Assembly: GCA_012026655.1 (NCBI GenBank)
Contig: JAAILG010000003.1
Location: forward strand, 186,001-250,000
Length of the DNA: 64,000 nucleotides
Origin: Hydrolagus affinis
Lineage: Eukaryota
Direction of reading: 5' to 3'
Part shown: one piece after another, positions 60,861 through 64,000 of the stretch
How positions within the stretch are numbered: position 1 is the first letter of the stretch
How the letters are laid out: the number at the start of each line of letters is the position of its first letter
Position numbers and translations under genes: made by a program
The notes under the pieces: model-generated
What the model was told of the DNA's origin: nothing
Databases searched by the model: none
The model's input: the letters and a program-made list of their open reading frames with translations, nothing else

Positions 60861-63800
60861 TGGAACATTTGAGAGTTTAGAAGTAACGCGTTTGTGCGTA
60901 TCTTTTTTCAGTCCATGGTCTGTGCCATATTCTATTCTCTGACCTCTGCCAATTTTGGTATTGTGTCAGATGTTAGAATGTGCATGAAATTGACTAGGGT
61001 AACTTGATCTGAATTTTTTCTTCCCTTGCAATGGGAAATAAGCGTCTTCAGTGCTGGTGCCTCCCTCATCCTAAGGGACTGGGAGTTGACATTGTGGGAA
61101 AAACTCATGTCTTACCACTGCATAGCATAACATTTCAGTGTGCCAAGGTGCTTTTCTCTCTAGAATTTCGCTGACCTTCAACTTTGTGGGTTTAATTATG
61201 ACTGGTTGAAGCCAATCTTCACAACAAGAAACATAGCAAGCAAGCAAAGCACTCTGTTTCTTATTCCTCAGGATACTTTGCCAGAACCAATGTGCGCAAA
61301 AGCTTTGCAAAAACTTGTCATTAAATTAATTGACTGTGTTCTGTTTAACCATTGTTCCTCAAATATGTGCAAATACATGCTTTGCAACCAGCATCTAAAA
61401 ACTATAATGTGAGAAGGTATAATGAAAGTTACTGTGAAATGTTCACATGCTCCATTATCAGATATTAGTTCTTTATTGTTCCATAATAGAGTTCACAATT
61501 GGTGCAGCAAGCAAAATTGCTTTTTACCCACTTAAGAGATTTATATCATGTTATCACACTGTGTGCCACACCAGTAAAGAACTGACAGATATTAAACTGA
61601 GTGCATCAGCAGTTTCTTCAGATCTTTTAACAGGCAGTTTCGATAAACACACTTATGTAACAATACACATTAACGGAATGCATAGAAACACTAAAGCACG
61701 GAGGACAATGTGAAGCGTTGCAAAAATTAAACTTACAGGATGGTGAATACAAGTAGATATTCTACTTGTAGACTACAAGTGAGGGTTATTTATATCAGTC
61801 TCTCAGGATGTCCTCCCAACATGAAAGGTGCTATGCAAATGTAATTTTGTTGTTGTTGAAATTTCACCACATTATTTTCAGCACATTGAGATTCACTAGC
61901 TCACAAGAGAGGTTTGGATGAAGAAGGCCCTTTGAACAATTTGATCTCATCCTTCCCCTTGCAGCAGCAAAGTCTTGGATGATGCAAAAAGGATTTGTAA
62001 CTGGCAGATCCTCGAATGTGTACCTGGAACTCAGCTCAGACAATGATTGATGATAATTTCCTCCTGGACACCAGGAGACCGCTTTAACTGGAATCCAGCT
62101 GGATTTTCATGAGTTTATGACTGTAGAATTGCTCAGAGAATATTCTGCTCTCTGTGGAAATTGTCTGCTGCTTGGCAGGCAACACGGAGTGTATGAAAGC
62201 AGCAAGTTTGTAGGATGCAAGGACACCATTCATTTCCGATTTGGTAACTTAACTACATAAGCTGGAGTTTAAGTGTTGCACAAAGGCCGAATGCTTGCTC
62301 GACACGAAGGAGAAACGATTGTAAGAGTGAGGTTCTTAGGAGTATGGTGCACATCCACCAACCAGAGATCAACACATTCCCCCACCAACCCACCCACAGA
62401 TGGAAAATGGTGCATCACCCAGGAACACCCAAAGAACAAGAAAAGAATAATGAAAAAATTTAGATAATCCAATAAATAGTTGTTGCTCAATATCAGCCAA
62501 GAACATTCGAAAATTGGTTCATGTTTCCAGTGCCACAATATCACCCTGCTGGTTGTCATTAGAAGGGTTCCCGAGTGTGTGTCACAGTGATTATGCTTAT
62601 TTTCCAACCAATACCTCTCCTGCTGCTTCTCTCATATTCTACTGTGAATTCCCAGTGACTGCAGCTGTTTATCGTTCTGCTTTTTACCTGCTGTGCATCC
62701 CTCCATTAGTTAAAGTTCACAGAATACTGTCCTTTCAAATGAGGCATAAGCATTCAGGATGTACCTGTGTGAAATTGAATGATGCAAAACAGATAGTTGT
62801 TGCTTTTTGCTGCATTCTATTTCAGCCAGAGAATCATTCATAGCAGAATTTACTGATACTGTGACGTTTGAGAAACTCAGGGTTTTATTACAATTCTGCA
62901 CTATAATCAACTTAATACCTAACTATATTGAAAGCGTTTTAGTGCAAATAGTTTTAAATGTCTGCCCTTTCCCACTTCTCCTTTCTGTGCAGCATACTGT
63001 ATGATTCAGCAGTGTAAATAAACCAGAGGGAGCTGCCACTTAATACAGCGAAACACATTACCAGAAAAGGACGATTGACCTCCCATGTGTTGAGGACATC
63101 AATGACAGCCAATTTACTGTTCTCATTCTAGAATCCATAGCCCGTTCAATTATGTCCTTTTGTTCTGTCTGTATTAGTATTCACATGTGAAACAATTTGA
63201 AGGTTTTAAAAACCACACAGATAAACGCCAACAATATTGGAATAAAAACAGAAAGAAACCAATAGCATGGAATCTTCCTGACAATGCAAAACTTTCCATT
63301 AATTACAAGAAAAATAAAACAACAGTTATATTTGTGTAGCACCTTTCAAGTCGGGAGGATGTCCCAAAGCACTGAAAATAATGGATTAAAAAAAAGATTA
63401 AAAAAAAATACATCTGATTTCAACTTTCCACCTTACTCTCATGCTGCTGAATGCTACCTTGGCAAAATAGAGCCACATTTTAAATCCCATCTGCACTATT
63501 TTTATTGCTACAACGTGTTCTTTCACATGGCAATACTTAGGCTGGAGACCTTTGTGAAGGTTATATTTTGAAAGCAAGGTAGCTGAATAGAAGATTCTCA
63601 ATGAAGCGGATTTAAGTCAAAATGGCCTGAAAAGGATAGACATTTGGGCTCAATGTTCGGCACCATGCATGTTTATGATCTGAACCATACTGTCTCGGAG
63701 ATACATCAAGGGATTGTGAAGGACAATTCACCACATAGGGAGAGAAAATTGGAGCATGAGCGAAGTCCCATGATTTCTGCACCTCTTGTCCTGTTAGTTT

Positions 63801-64000
63801 AAAGAATAACTTGTGTGAGAACCAATGAAGAAGAGAGGTAAAATGTCAGAATAAATTTACATTACATTTTTTTTTGCACTATGGCAACTTTCAAGATGAG
63901 CTAGTTTGGATGGCCCTCTCAGCTGTGGGGAATTTGTGAAGAGAACTTTCACTCATAAATTGAGAGTGAATATCGCACATTGAGTAATGAATCACAGAGT

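Overview
AT-rich vertebrate genomic DNA. The repeat content (CR1 and L2 LINEs, DeuSINE-type tRNA SINEs, a Penelope-like terminal repeat) points to a cartilaginous fish, possibly a chimaera; this is inference. The window holds the 5' part of one plus-strand gene, C10orf90/FATS. It is recognised from motifs in the large exon at 52094-53213 (RKGFSSITITARKI, CAHIKV..C.NSIYYYDKSL, SALSLKLSCTSSEVSADG). Reading splice sites by hand gives a phase-consistent model: 22868-23497, 27507-27597, 50742-50821, 52094-53213. Two of these exons are too small for the ORF track. There is also a candidate alternative promoter/first exon near 49.3-49.6 kb. Nearly all other ORF-track entries are retroelement debris or noise. 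Notable non-coding items are a mutated hammerhead ribozyme in a Penelope-like repeat, a 125-bp palindrome, several perfect short-loop hairpins and template-switch scars, nested SINE/LINE insertions, two unexplained direct repeats and a 100-N gap. I found no evidence for a wholly new multi-gene system. Family names and human comparisons come from recalled sequences and need database confirmation.
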